Part shown: positions 1 to 10,664 of the stretch, one piece after another | Position numbering within the stretch: position 1 is the first letter of the stretch | How the letters are laid out: each line of letters opens with the position of its first letter | From: an uncultured Methanosarcinaceae archaeon | GTDB lineage: Archaea; Halobacteriota; Methanosarcinia; Methanosarcinales; Methanosarcinaceae | Length of the DNA: 64,000 bases | Direction of reading: 5' to 3' | Assembly (NCBI GenBank): GCA_963727895.1 | Contig: CAVSHT010000004.1 | Location: 64,001 to 128,000, forward strand | Position numbers and translations under genes: made by a program | The notes under the pieces: model-generated | Database searches by the model: none | The model's input: the letters and a program-made list of their open reading frames with translations, nothing else | What the model was told of the DNA's origin: nothing

Positions 1-680
1 CGCCCATCCTCCCATATTATCCTGCTGCCATAGATATGAGGATCTGCTTGCATTGATGCATCGGTAGTAATCTGAGTTTCTTTTCGAGTGAAGAGATCAT
101 ACATATAAATATCATAGTTTCCTACAGGTCTGCCCCATTCATTAAAGCTTCCGCCATTACGTCCATCTGTCCATACTATCTTATCACCGTAAATGACAGG
201 ATTATATGCTTTTCCGCTTTTAGTAATCCGAGTTTGTACTTTAGTAGAAAGATCCTGCATGTAAATATCAGATCCGCCATTACGGTCATCTGCCCATACT
301 ACTATGTTCCCATAGACAGCGGGATTAGTCTGATTTGATTTATTGGTAGTATGGATCTCTTTGTGAGTGGAAATATCATATATGTAGATGTCGTAGTTTC
401 CATTGCGTTTATCCTGCCATACTAAAATGTTGCCGTATATATCAGGACAGGATGCTGTTCCATGGGTAGTTATCCGAGTTTCAATGATCTTTGGCACAGC
501 ACTAGTAGACGCACTTGTGACATTTGGATCGGTGATGATCGAAGCGTTGACATTTGAAAAAGTGACATTTTTAAGATCTTGGCTAGTGAGTGCCGAAGCC
601 GTAGATGAAACAAGAATTAAAAATAAGATCAGAGCTGATGATACTGAAGCTAATGAATACAATTTTTTGTTAACTTTCAT
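1..680 (-). CDS. Cell-surface protein with Methanosarcina-type beta-propeller repeats (runs off window start)
   Basis: Manual translation from ATG at 680: signal-like MKVNKKLYSLASVSSALILFLILVSSTASA, then repeated P.IYGN.(L/I)VW.D.RNG..DIY.YD units. Not in the ORF track because it lacks a stop inside the window. Confidence 0.85.
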   Translation of the reverse strand, partial: MKVNKKLYSLASVSSALILFLILVSSTASALTSQDLKNVTFSNVNASIITDPNVTSASTSAVPKIIETRITTHGTASCPDIYGNILVWQDKRNGNYDIYIYDISTHKEIHTTNKSNQTNPAVYGNIVVWADDRNGGSDIYMQDLSTKVQTRITKSGKAYNPVIYGDKIVWTDGRNGGSFNEWGRPVGNYDIYMYDLFTRKETQITTDASMQADPHIYGSRIIWEDG

Positions 681-922
681 TATCTCTACTCCTGTTCTTT
701 AGTTTATTTTTCATATTAAAAATGTTAATATTTTACTTACATACATACTTAAACTATTTTATATCAACATAAATTTCATAAAATAGTTTAGCTTGAAAGA
801 AGTTAACCGTGAAAAAAGAATAGAGATGATAAGAGAGCTTACTTGATTAGGAAGCGGTATAAGGAAGAAAAAAGGGCCGTTGGTGAGAATCAATATACTA
901 TTTCACATAATATTCAAAAAAC

Positions 923-1072
923 GGTTCCGTTGCAAAAATAATTTTTCTGTACTTTGAGGTTATTTTTCTTCCCTTTAAATATAATTTTAACCCAAATTTA
1001 CTCACTAAAATTATCTTATTGTGAAGGTTTTCAACGATTTTGTAAAATGCTCTGATTTTTTGCAACGGAACC
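923..1072. mobile_element. ~150-bp MITE with IS6-type terminal inverted repeats
   Basis: GGTTCCGTTGCAAAAA...TTTTTGCAACGGAACC ends, no ORF. Interior is related to 21547-21695, 46732-46880 and 63686-63834. Confidence 0.8.
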
Positions 1073-1552
1073 ATTGATTTCATGTTAAGTGCAAAACGAG
1101 ACCAAAAAGCAGCGAACAGATTCTTCAAAAAAGCTTTGAACTCTAATCATAATCAAATTCCAAGAGTAATAACAGTTGACAAAAATCCAGCTTATCCACC
1201 TGCTATAGATAAACTGAAAAATGATAAAATACTACCTAGAAACGTAGGCATTCGACAAATCAAATATTTGAATAACATTATAGAACAAGATCATAGATCC
1301 ATTAAACGAATAGTTAATCCAATGTTAGGATTTCAGTCTTTTCGATCTGCTATTAAGACTTTAAAAGGAATTGAAGCTGATTTAAAAAGGACAAGTCAAG
1401 AATCTAAATTACTCTAGTCTTAATGAAGTTAAATATGTTAATCAATTATTTGGAATAGTTCTATAATATTGACACATCTTTTTGAATATTTTAACTTTTG
1501 TTTATTGATTATGGATTTACAGGCTTATTCTAAGATTTTTTGCAACGGAACC
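1073..1552 (+). pseudogene. IS6-family transposase 3' fragment with right end
   Basis: ORF 1082-1417 matches the C-terminal half of 18030-18734 (ITVDKNPAY, NNIIEQDHR). Right IR ends at 1552. Confidence 0.9.
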
Positions 1553-1860
1553 CATTTTGGCGGTATATACCAAAACATCCATGAATAAACAGCAAAAATA
1601 CATAGGTTTTACCATAAACCATGTATTATATACAATGAAATTATACTATTAGTAACAAAAAGAAGTCGAAAGACACCAATATTATAATTTTGAATAATGT
1701 AACTGTCAACCCGCGCAAACGTGGACAAAACATACTCAATGATCAGCAGTTAACAAAAATTAGCCCATAAAATTTTAACGACGATGGCTAATGATGTTGT
1801 TTTTCCCAGGCTGAATAATTATGAAATTTTTACTTGGCTTACCTTTAAGGAAGTTTACAA

Positions 1861-2300
1861 ATGGTAGTTCTAGACGAACCTGTAGATATTCTTTTGGTAG
1901 AGGACGATGAAGGAGATGTTGGATTAATTGAAGAAGTTCTCGAAGAGGTAAAAATCAGGAATACTCTTCACATTGCTGAAAACGGTGAAGAGGCAATGTT
2001 CTTTTTACACGGTGAAGGAAAGTTTTCAGGTGCCCCGACCCCGGATATAATTCTTCTCGATTTAAATTTACCAAAAAAAATGGACGTGAAGTTCTCAGAG
2101 AAATAAAAGAAGATGATAACCTAAAACTTATACCCGTAGTGATTTTAACTACTTCCAATGCTGAAAATGATATACTTAAAGCTTATAATCTTCATACCAA
2201 TGCCTACGTTACTAAACCTCTTGACTTTGATCAGTTCACAAAAGTAGTCAAATCAATAGCAAATTTCTGGCTTGAAGTTGTAAAATTACCATTGAAATAA
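1861..2300 (+). pseudogene. Single-domain response regulator (receiver, Rcp1-like), frameshifted
   Basis: ILLVEDD and DIILLDLNLPKK motifs. After a 1-nt loss in an A run at ~2075 the other frame continues GREVL...PVVILTTS...AYVTKP...FWLEVVKLPLK to TAA at 2300. Confidence 0.85.
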
Positions 2301-2381
2301 GGTTAGAAGAGCTTGTTTTGAAATATATTCACTCCTTCTGAATCAATATTCGGAGAAGTTATTTCACGGTTAACGAACTAA

Positions 2382-2504
2382 GAGCCTATCCGAAAAGTCA
2401 GTAATACATATCGAAAAGTTACAATAGGTCTAAATATCCGGGCATCTATTACGGTTTTGCATATTGTAAAAGTTATAGCAGGTAACCACTTTTCGGACAA
2501 GCTC
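2382..2504. mobile_element. ~125-130-bp MITE with GAGCCTATCCGAAAAG terminal repeats
   Basis: Inverted termini; homologous copies at 51127-51259 (inverted) and 62547-62678. Confidence 0.75.
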
Positions 2505-3146
2505 TAAATGGAATAAATATACGAAATTAATAATGTAGGCTGCCGTTTATTTAAGGTTAAAAGGTATCCTCTTCAAATTCAATGGAGAATTTTCCAACTC
2601 GAAAAATGTGCAACAATTTTATCATATAGTTGTAAAGTTGAATGCATTGCTTGATATTGTTTTTTTGACTGGGTTAAATTTTTAAATTTTCAGCAAATAC
2701 ATGAAATTTACTACATGAAATTTACTTTTACCCATACAATTTGAAGAGAATACGAAATTCCTAAAAAATCAAGTACGAAAACCATTGTGGATTAAAGTCT
2801 CGTTTTAGATAGTTAACAGTCTAATGCTGTTGATTTTTCAGTTTAACTACGTAAGTCCTAAAGATTAAAGAAAGCCTGGAAGAGTTTTGTCCCTTTTACT
2901 GTAGCTCCCGATACAGTAACTCCGAAAATCTCCCATCAATATATTCGGATTAGAACGTTTTCCAGGCAATTCTTTCCTTACATATACTACCAGTCACTTC
3001 CCATTTATGTTGATCCGTCCGTTTTGTCTACCGTGGTTTAATCTATTCGCTTCTTGGAATCGATCATATATGGTATAATCCGTTCACTTTGGTCTGTTCT
3101 TTTCAGTTTATAATCTATAATAATTACCAAATTTATTTATAATTAA

Positions 3147-3903
3147 GGCATTGTTCCTTAACTATATCTAGTTCTTTATTTCTGTATTTCATCAATAGAA
3201 TAACCGAGTACTTTAGCATTTCAAGACTTTTTGTATAACACTTTGTCTTTCGTCTCAATCTTGCTAGAAAATGCCTCAATATGCTGTTATATTCCTCAAC
3301 TGTAAATGTTTCTGCTTTTGATTGAGTATGACTCTTTTCTGGAAGAAACTCTGCATATGCTCTCCAGTGATCTGTCATCACTTCTCCAATCTCTTTTTTC
3401 TTCAATTTTTCCCAGAGTAGTTTTCCAGTTTCCGTTCCTCTGCTACCAAAAGAGCAGTTGATGAACTTTTTCCCAACTCTATCAACAGCAATCCAGATAC
3501 AACAGCAATCCAGATACAGCAATATTTTTTTTGTTACCGACGTAAGTGTGCATCTCATCCATTTCAACAATAGATATAGCATTTTCACTTTTTAGATCCT
3601 CTAACTCCTGACCAAATTTCTTTATCCATTTTTGGACAGAAACATGACTTACCCCTAAAACTCTTCCTATTGAGCGGAAGCCCAATCCTTCAAGATAGAG
3701 TTGTAAAGCCTGTCTTTTTACAGAAGCGGAAAAAGCAGTTGATTTTAGCTCTACTGTATAGTTATAGCCACAATCAGAGCATTTGTACCGTTGACGCCCG
3801 CCAACTATACCATTCTTTTTGTGATTGGAACTATTACATTTTGGGCAGTTCACGCAGAAATATATGTTATAAACATATATATCTATTTTTGTTTACCAAT
3901 GCC
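3147..3903 (-). mobile_element. IS1-family element (insA 3482-3853, insB 3133-3588), degenerate
   Basis: InsA zinc ribbon CPKC...YKCSDC plus HTH, and InsB DEMHTY/TDHW DDE motifs. A8 slippery site at the junction, GGCATTG.. termini, and a ~17-bp tandem duplication near 3485-3520. Confidence 0.9.
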
Positions 3904-4161
3904 CAGGAGAATATTGATGTACCCATCTCATTATCGTACTGTGATCAACTTCTACTCCTCTTTCTGCCATCATTTCCTTTAAATTTCGATAACTTAATGG
4001 ATATTTTAAGTACCATCTGACATTCAATAGGATAATTTCACCAACAAAGTGCTTCCATTTAAAGGAATTAGATAGCATATCACTATCTTTTATTTCATTT
4101 TTATTTTATTATGTCCCTAGCAGATATTTTTTGTAACGGAACCAATTTTTGCAACAGAACC
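3904..4161 (-). pseudogene. IS6-family 5' fragment truncated by IS1, plus second IR
   Basis: MLSNSFKWKHFVGEIILLNVRWYLKY... cut at the IS1 end. IRs end at 4143 and 4161. Confidence 0.85.
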
Positions 4162-4164
4162 GTT

Positions 4165-5049
4165 TTAGGCGTAGGGATTCCGCAGTGCCTTGTTGATGCC
4201 GAAGGTCTTGCGCTCCTCAACTGTCTTCTGATTCTTTTCGATCTTCTCTTTTGCGAGTTTCCTGAGGAGATCGAGACCAGGCTTGACATCCTCAATAGGC
4301 TTTGTCTCAAACAACCCTGCAGCTACAGCTTTGGACCAGATTTCGTTCCCCACCTTGGTGCGGATGAAAACCGTAGACCAGTCGTCTGGGCTACCTACTG
4401 AGCCAGTAGAGATATCTGCGAGGTTTGAGACATAGTCGAGGCAGATATGGCAGCCTGGCTGTTCGTACTTGTGTGTATCCTTGAGAGGCACAGTAGCGAC
4501 GTTTCCGCGTTCAGTGTAGACCCAGAACTTGCCTTTTGTGATCTCCATTTTCTTCACGGAGCCCAGGCTTTGAGCTGCGTGGTCCTCGACAAGGGTCTGT
4601 ATGGATGTATATGGAAAGTTCACCATGCAGAAAAGTCCTACTGTAAGGGCGACCTTGCCCGGGACATCCCGCATATTGATAGGATAGAGCTGAGCCTTTC
4701 TCACTGCCTGCATCTGGCAGCAGACGCCGGTAACCCCTACTTTATCGAGGCCATATGAACGGGTTGCTTCCTTGAGCCAGGAAATTTGAGGACTGATGCT
4801 GTATCTAGTTCCTCTTGCCTTGAGAATTTCCTCACGGTTCACAGCAACGATTGGCTTAGGCTGCCATGGTTTTTCTCCCTCACCTGCAACAATTGTCCCG
4901 TCAATCATCCCTTCTTCGAGGGCGTAGACCATGAGTGTAGTGGCGATTCCGCCATCCTGTGCCTTCTTGAGAATCTCCTTATCCGTGCTCCGTGCCGAAA
5001 CACAGGTAATGTATTTGCCGAGATACGGATCTTCAATCATCACTTTCAC
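4165..5049 (-). CDS. frhB: F420-reducing hydrogenase beta subunit (FrhB or FreB paralog)
   Basis: AQDGGIAT, GVCCQ, GLFCM.NF, GCHICLDY, DISTGSVGSP motifs; last gene of the operon. Confidence 0.93.
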   Translation of the reverse strand: MKVMIEDPYLGKYITCVSARSTDKEILKKAQDGGIATTLMVYALEEGMIDGTIVAGEGEKPWQPKPIVAVNREEILKARGTRYSISPQISWLKEATRSYGLDKVGVTGVCCQMQAVRKAQLYPINMRDVPGKVALTVGLFCMVNFPYTSIQTLVEDHAAQSLGSVKKMEITKGKFWVYTERGNVATVPLKDTHKYEQPGCHICLDYVSNLADISTGSVGSPDDWSTVFIRTKVGNEIWSKAVAAGLFETKPIEDVKPGLDLLRKLAKEKIEKNQKTVEERKTFGINKALRNPYA

Positions 5050-5857
5050 CTTCCTTAAGCGCTCCAGCGATTATTTCGCTGATGTTCTCAAATTCAGGAA
5101 TCACGTCTAAATTGAAGAACGACCTCGGACAGGCACCGTAGCAGGAGCCGCACTTAATGCAGAGGTCACGCTCACCCTGTGGCTTTCCAAACTCAAGGGT
5201 GATCGCCCGCACAGGGCAGGATGCAGCGCAAATTCCGCAAGCTATACAAAGACCCTGATTAATTACGTCGTACATCAGGTCGCCAAAGCTTCCGGTCATT
5301 CCACGCTTCGCAAGAGCCCTAAGGGGCTTTAAGTACTTGTCTGCAAGGACCTTTTGATCCTCATTCCCCTGCAAGAGCAGGTACGACATGATAGTAACGT
5401 TCCTTATGAGCTCCGGGCTCGGGGGGCATCCAGGGATGTAGACATCCACATCGATAATATCCCCAATTGGGAGAAAAGACTCATGCTGTGGCTGGTTGTG
5501 CTGCCCACCGCGGCAGAACCGAGTGATATTCCCGTAACATGCGCAAGAGCCGAGGGCTACCACGATTTTGGCTTTTTTCCGAGTCTCTTTGATATCCTCC
5601 ATCGATTCATGGTCCTGGATGCAGACCGATCCCTCGACGAGCGCCATGTCCATTTCTGGGATATGCCGGACGTCGGCGAGCGTTAGGCCATATACGAGGT
5701 CGGCGTAGTCGTCCAGTATCTTGATGAATCCCAAGTAGTTGTCGGACACGGACACGAGGCAGCCGGTACAGCCGCTAAAGTGTACATGCCCGATCTTGAT
5801 CTTATTTGCCACTGGTTTCGCCTCATTTGTAGCTCCCAACTTCATAAACAGTTCCAT
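5033..5857 (-). CDS. frhG: F420-reducing hydrogenase gamma (small) subunit (FrhG or FreG paralog)
   Basis: SGCTGC, ALGSCA, PGCPP and two CxxCxxCxxxCP ferredoxin motifs. Start uncertain (ATG 5857 chosen; the ORF extends in frame to 5968). Confidence 0.9.
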   Translation of the reverse strand: MELFMKLGATNEAKPVANKIKIGHVHFSGCTGCLVSVSDNYLGFIKILDDYADLVYGLTLADVRHIPEMDMALVEGSVCIQDHESMEDIKETRKKAKIVVALGSCACYGNITRFCRGGQHNQPQHESFLPIGDIIDVDVYIPGCPPSPELIRNVTIMSYLLLQGNEDQKVLADKYLKPLRALAKRGMTGSFGDLMYDVINQGLCIACGICAASCPVRAITLEFGKPQGERDLCIKCGSCYGACPRSFFNLDVIPEFENISEIIAGALKEGESDD

Positions 5858-6035
5858 AATTAATCCCAATCTTTTCAGTATCTTGGATACAGCTTCAGGA
5901 ATGGTTCTCTTTACTTTGTCTGTAAGCCCAATGACCATCTCAGGGTAGAAACGTACTTTTTCTGACATGCAAGGGACTTGGGTCCAGATATCATTTTTGC
6001 TATGCTGAACTCGGATTACGGTGTTTCCATTCCAG
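5858..6035 (-). pseudogene. frhD: Remnant of hydrogenase maturation protease gene (C-terminal ~30 codons)
   Basis: Occupies the frhD position but is only ~180 bp. PEMVIGLTDKVKRTIPEAVSKIL resembles the C-terminal GL..V..AIP.AV helix of HycI/FrhD proteases (from memory). Confidence 0.6.
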
Positions 6036-7403
6036 TCACTGGATGAGCTTCTGAGTGACTATCTTGTTCTCCTCGTCCACCACGATCATGTGGGTTGCGC
6101 ACGATACGCATGGATCATAAGCCCGAACGACCATCTCGGCAATCTGCCAAGGCGCTCCCCTCAGACCTCGACTGCAGGTCGGGAGGTTCCAGGTGGTGGG
6201 CACAAGCAATTCATAACATAGTACTCTTCCGTCCTTAACCCGTGCGAGGTGGACATCGGTCCCGCGCGGAGCCTCGTTCGCAGCCCAGCCCATTGACCCG
6301 TCTCCCTGGGGAATATGATCCGCGAGGACCTTACCCAAGGTCTCCAGTTTGTCAAGGCACTTGAGGATGGTGTAGCAGCAGTCTGGGTACTCCATCTGCC
6401 TGGCGATGTGCTGTGCGAAGGTGCCCTTCTCATTGAAGTTCTTGAAGGTAGCAAGCCTTGCCCTTGGGCCGACCTCAACCGGCTGGCCATCGTAGGTCGG
6501 AACAGTGTTGCAGGCCTCCATCTGGGGATTGGCCTTTGTGCCAGCCTTAGTAGTGCCACCGATTGGGTAGCTTGGGTCCTCAAGATCAATGGTTACCTCA
6601 CCCATGTACCAGTCCCATGGCCGTGTCTCCTTCCATCGGGTGATGTCCCACATGGGCTTCTCATCCAGACTAGATGAGCCATACATCGAGGATGTGGCCA
6701 TGACCCCCTGGTTGTGGTACCCGAGCGTCTTTGGAATCGGGATCTGCTTGCCCGCAACATCGGTGAACTCCCGGTTCTGCATGTTCCTGATGACCTCGAG
6801 CATGAACTCCATCTGCTCGTGTGCAAGGACGAGACCTTCCTTCGCCAGGTCGGCCATCTTCTGCTTTGCCCGTGAGCTTACGTTATGGTACATCCCGCCG
6901 ACCCTTGGGTTGGAGGGGTGAATCGCCTCACCACCTGCGATGGCTCCGATAGTCTGTCCGATTTTGCGGATGCGGATTATCCTCGCAGCAACGCTCCTGA
7001 CAGGCTGCTCCTTGGAGAACGGATTGAACTTCGTCTCTGTCCCAGGGATGTAAAAATCAGGAAGTATCAGGATGTTGTGCAGGGCGTGGCTGTGGAGACG
7101 GTTTGCGGCATGGAGAATGACCCGCAGAAGCTTTGCGTCCGTGGGAATCTCGCAGCCTATCGAGGCCTCCATGGCCTCAATGCCCGCCAAGGTGTGAGCA
7201 ATGGGACAGACACCGCAGACCCGAGAGGCAATTTTTGGGACCTGTTCCATCGTCTTACCTATGGCGAGCTTCTCAATACCCCTGACTGAGGTGATGGAGA
7301 GCCAGTCTCCTCGCTCAACAAAACCCTGATCATTTACCTTCAGTGTGAGCTTGGAGTGGCCTTCATGTCTCGTGGTTGGAGAGATCTCTACAACTTTCGA
7401 CAA
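6036..7403 (-). CDS. frhA: F420-reducing [NiFe] hydrogenase alpha (large) subunit (FrhA or FreA paralog)
   Basis: SPTTRHEGH N-terminus, L1 RVCGVCPIAH, EAPRG, L2 DPCVSCATH followed by a 17-aa extension. Confidence 0.95.
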   Translation of the reverse strand: MSKVVEISPTTRHEGHSKLTLKVNDQGFVERGDWLSITSVRGIEKLAIGKTMEQVPKIASRVCGVCPIAHTLAGIEAMEASIGCEIPTDAKLLRVILHAANRLHSHALHNILILPDFYIPGTETKFNPFSKEQPVRSVAARIIRIRKIGQTIGAIAGGEAIHPSNPRVGGMYHNVSSRAKQKMADLAKEGLVLAHEQMEFMLEVIRNMQNREFTDVAGKQIPIPKTLGYHNQGVMATSSMYGSSSLDEKPMWDITRWKETRPWDWYMGEVTIDLEDPSYPIGGTTKAGTKANPQMEACNTVPTYDGQPVEVGPRARLATFKNFNEKGTFAQHIARQMEYPDCCYTILKCLDKLETLGKVLADHIPQGDGSMGWAANEAPRGTDVHLARVKDGRVLCYELLVPTTWNLPTCSRGLRGAPWQIAEMVVRAYDPCVSCATHMIVVDEENKIVTQKLIQ

Positions 7404-8310
7404 TGGTATCGCCTCGTTTCAATTTGGTGTTCTTAAGACTGTACCGTGATCAAGGCACTCAGTGTAAGATTATTTTAAGTTAGTTACCTGTACATAAAGT
7501 ACGTTGACCCCTGTTCTGTCAAGTTGTCGTCGCCTATTCATTTTTGAGTTTGGTTGATCACAGTAACCCCCTAAAATGGCGAAGACTTGATAGAAGGTGA
7601 CCCATTTATATTAATAGGCAATATTCAGAACGAAACAGCTGCACAATATTTGTACCTAATGTGACATTAACAAATTTCAATTGATTTTCGGATAGGCTAT
7701 GAAGTGTAAGTTCAGGTACTATGTAGTCTACGGGGTCTGGGATAAATATTCGGTATGCTTCGACTTCATTCAGTACTCAAACCACGTCAACGCCACAAAA
7801 CTGCTATTTCAATCATTTTTATATCCCCAATTATTTTTATATCCCCCATTTTATCTTTATATGTGAGATAAATATATAGGATTATTGGTAGGGTTCTGTC
7901 AAGGCATTGCCACCTAATGTTTTATAAATCGTTATATCATTAGTGGTAGCCTTTTCGAAAAGAGCATTATCTATCTAGGTGACAACAACTTGACAAACGT
8001 AAAAAATTTAGAGTTCTTTGGTTAAGTTATGAGAACGTGTGTTTTTTACTGCAAGAAAAAAGAAGCAGAAGCCACAAAAAAGTTGAACCCTATTGACATA
8101 CAAACGTTTATTGATAAAACGTAGCTGTCATTTATTGCAGATGTATCCGAAGGTCAAAGGCATAGACCTTCCGGAAGAGCTTCTATCAGAAGGTCTCATA
8201 TGAAGGGTAATCTTGCCATATTCTGCAGACCGTTTGAATATTTTTACTTTTGCTCATTGTCTATAGATTTACATGCTTATTCTGAGATTTATTTGCAACG
8301 GAACCAGATT

Positions 8311-8410
8311 ATTAGATGAATCTCTGGAGAAGTAAAACGGTAACTGACATCCTTTATTCGTAATGATTATTCTATATTCCTAAAATAATATATTGTCAAC
8401 TAATGACTTT
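8311..8410 (+). repeat. ~90-100-bp direct repeat flanking copB (copy 1)
   Basis: GAAGTAAAACGGTAACTGA(C/T)ATCCTTTATTCGTAATGAT core is shared with 10665-10770. Confidence 0.8.
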
Positions 8411-8464
8411 ACAGGATCGTTTATCAAAATTTTAATATTGTTAAAAATCAGGGGGCATTGGAAT

Positions 8465-10609
8465 ATGCAGACTGGAGAGAAGTCCCGTCATGAAAAGCAC
8501 GGAAAAGGAGAACAGCAGGATCGTAGGCATCACGAAGAAATGAATCATCAAAATCACGAGCAGCATGAGGAAATGAAACATAAGGGTCATGAAAAGCATG
8601 ACGGAATGAAGCATCAGGGCCATGAACCCTCAGACAAGAAAGAGCACGGCAATCATCATACCCATATGCTCTCAGATTTTAGAAAAAGGTTTATTGTTTC
8701 TCTCGTGCTAACTGTTCCGGTTTTACTACTCTCTCATATAATCCAGAGTTTTTTTCATTTTGAACTTCGTGTCCTTGGTGCAGATTTTCTTACTTTTCTC
8801 CTCTCTTCGATTGTTTATTTCTACGGAGGCTACCCGTTTCTTAAGGGGATAAAAGATGAGCTTGCTGAAAAGTTGCCTGGAATGATGACCCTTATAGCCA
8901 TTGCGATCAGTGTAGCTTATTTTTATAGCTCTGCTGTGGTTTTCGGGCTTCCTGGAGAGGTGTTCTTCTGGGAACTTGTGACCCTTATCGACGTAATGTT
9001 GCTCGGGCACTGGGTAGAAATGCGTTCGGTAATGGGAGCTTCGAGAGCCCTTGAAGAACTGATAACAATCATGCCGTCTGTTGCTCACCTGAAAAAAGAT
9101 AGAGAAACTGTTGACGTGAATGTTGACCAGTTAAAAATAGGGGATAAGGTTCTGATCAAGCCCGGAGAAAAAATACCTGTAGATGGCATTGTTGTCGACG
9201 GGACGAGCGGCGTCAACGAATCGATGCTCACAGGTGAGTCAAAGCCTGTTACAAAAAAGCTTGGGGATGAGGTAATCGGCGGTTCAATCAACGGAGAAGC
9301 GGCATTTGTTGTTAAGGTAGAAAAAACTGGAAAAGATACTTACCTGAGCCAAGTAGTCGAACTTGTCAGAACTGCCCAGGGAAGCAAATCAAAAACCCAG
9401 GATCTGGCAAACAGGGCTGCAATGTACCTTACGATCATAGCAATTACTGTGGGTATTCTTACTTTCATCTTTTGGATCTTCTTCGGCAAACAACTTGCCT
9501 TTGCCCTGGAGAGGGCAGTTACTGTAATGGTTATTACCTGTCCGCATGCCCTCGGGCTTGCAATTCCACTGGTGGTTGCAGTTTCAACATCTATTGCCGC
9601 AAAATCTGGACTTCTTATCAGAGATAGGCAGGCATTTGAGAGAGCACGCAATCTTCAGGCTCTCATTTTTGACAAAACAGGCACACTCACGGAAGGACGG
9701 TTCGGGGTCATGGATATAATTTCTCTTTTTGAAGAGGAAAATGAAAGCGGAGAGGAAAACAAAATAATCCTTGGCCTCGCAGCTTCCCTGGAAGCAAATT
9801 CGGAACACCCTATTGCGACAGGCATTCTTGAAAGTGCGCGGGAAAAAGGACTGGAAACCCGACCAGTGGAAGAATTCAGTTCAATCCCGGGAAAAGGTGT
9901 AGAGGGATTGGTGGAGGGAAAGAAGTTCCTTGTTGTGAGTCCTGGTTATCTTGAAGAAAAGGGGATTGCCCCTAAAATCGAAAAAATTGAAGAAATAAAA
10001 GAACAAGGAAAAACTGTTGTGTTCCTGCTTGATGGAGAGAAGATGCTTGGAGCTCTTGCACTTGCTGATATTGTTAGAAAGGAATCTAAGGAGGCTATCT
10101 CGAAGCTCAAAGGTATGGGAATTAAGTGTCTTATGCTTACAGGAGACAACCGATTTGTGGCAGCCTGGGTAGCCCGAGAATTGGAGCTTGATGATTATTT
10201 TGCAGAAGTTCTTCCTCATCAAAAGGCAGAAAAGGTCAAAGAAGTCCAGACTCAATATATTACAGGCATGGTTGGAGATGGGGTTAATGACGCGCCTGCA
10301 CTTGCCCAGGCTGATGTAGGGATAGCCATCGGAGCAGGTACGGATGTTGCAATCGAAACCGCTGATATAGTCCTGGTAAAAAACGATCCCAGAGATGTTT
10401 TGAACGTAATAAGGCTTTCAAGAAGTACATACTCCAAGATGTATCAGAATCTTCTATGGGCGACAGGATATAATATTCTTGCAATTCCTCTTGCTGCAGG
10501 GCTACTCTATGGATACGGAATCTTACTGAGTCCTGCTATAGGTGCAGTTTTTATGAGCCTGAGTACCGTAATTGTGGCTATAAATGCGAGGAATTTAAAC
10601 ATGGAATGA
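8465..10609 (+). CDS. copB: Copper-exporting P1B-3 ATPase with His-rich N-terminus
   Basis: His-rich N-terminal domain, TGES, CPH transmembrane motif, DKTGT, SEHP, GDGVNDAP, YN and MSLST. Start ATG 8465 preferred over the upstream TTG. Confidence 0.92.
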   Translation: MQTGEKSRHEKHGKGEQQDRRHHEEMNHQNHEQHEEMKHKGHEKHDGMKHQGHEPSDKKEHGNHHTHMLSDFRKRFIVSLVLTVPVLLLSHIIQSFFHFELRVLGADFLTFLLSSIVYFYGGYPFLKGIKDELAEKLPGMMTLIAIAISVAYFYSSAVVFGLPGEVFFWELVTLIDVMLLGHWVEMRSVMGASRALEELITIMPSVAHLKKDRETVDVNVDQLKIGDKVLIKPGEKIPVDGIVVDGTSGVNESMLTGESKPVTKKLGDEVIGGSINGEAAFVVKVEKTGKDTYLSQVVELVRTAQGSKSKTQDLANRAAMYLTIIAITVGILTFIFWIFFGKQLAFALERAVTVMVITCPHALGLAIPLVVAVSTSIAAKSGLLIRDRQAFERARNLQALIFDKTGTLTEGRFGVMDIISLFEEENESGEENKIILGLAASLEANSEHPIATGILESAREKGLETRPVEEFSSIPGKGVEGLVEGKKFLVVSPGYLEEKGIAPKIEKIEEIKEQGKTVVFLLDGEKMLGALALADIVRKESKEAISKLKGMGIKCLMLTGDNRFVAAWVARELELDDYFAEVLPHQKAEKVKEVQTQYITGMVGDGVNDAPALAQADVGIAIGAGTDVAIETADIVLVKNDPRDVLNVIRLSRSTYSKMYQNLLWATGYNILAIPLAAGLLYGYGILLSPAIGAVFMSLSTVIVAINARNLNME

Positions 10610-10664
10610 CTGATTCAGAGGAGGATTCTGTGAGATCATCGGTTGATATAACAAGATTAGATGT

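Noticed and set aside
403..702. 99-aa plus-strand ORF
   Set aside because: Antisense shadow of the beta-propeller gene.
4101..7289. Many overlapping alternative-frame ORFs in the hydrogenase operon
   Set aside because: Expected shadows in GC-richer coding DNA; no motifs.
7445..7456. CCGTGATCAAGG upstream of frhA matching the IS110 non-coding region (29987-29998)
   Set aside because: Only 12 nt with no extended similarity; likely chance.
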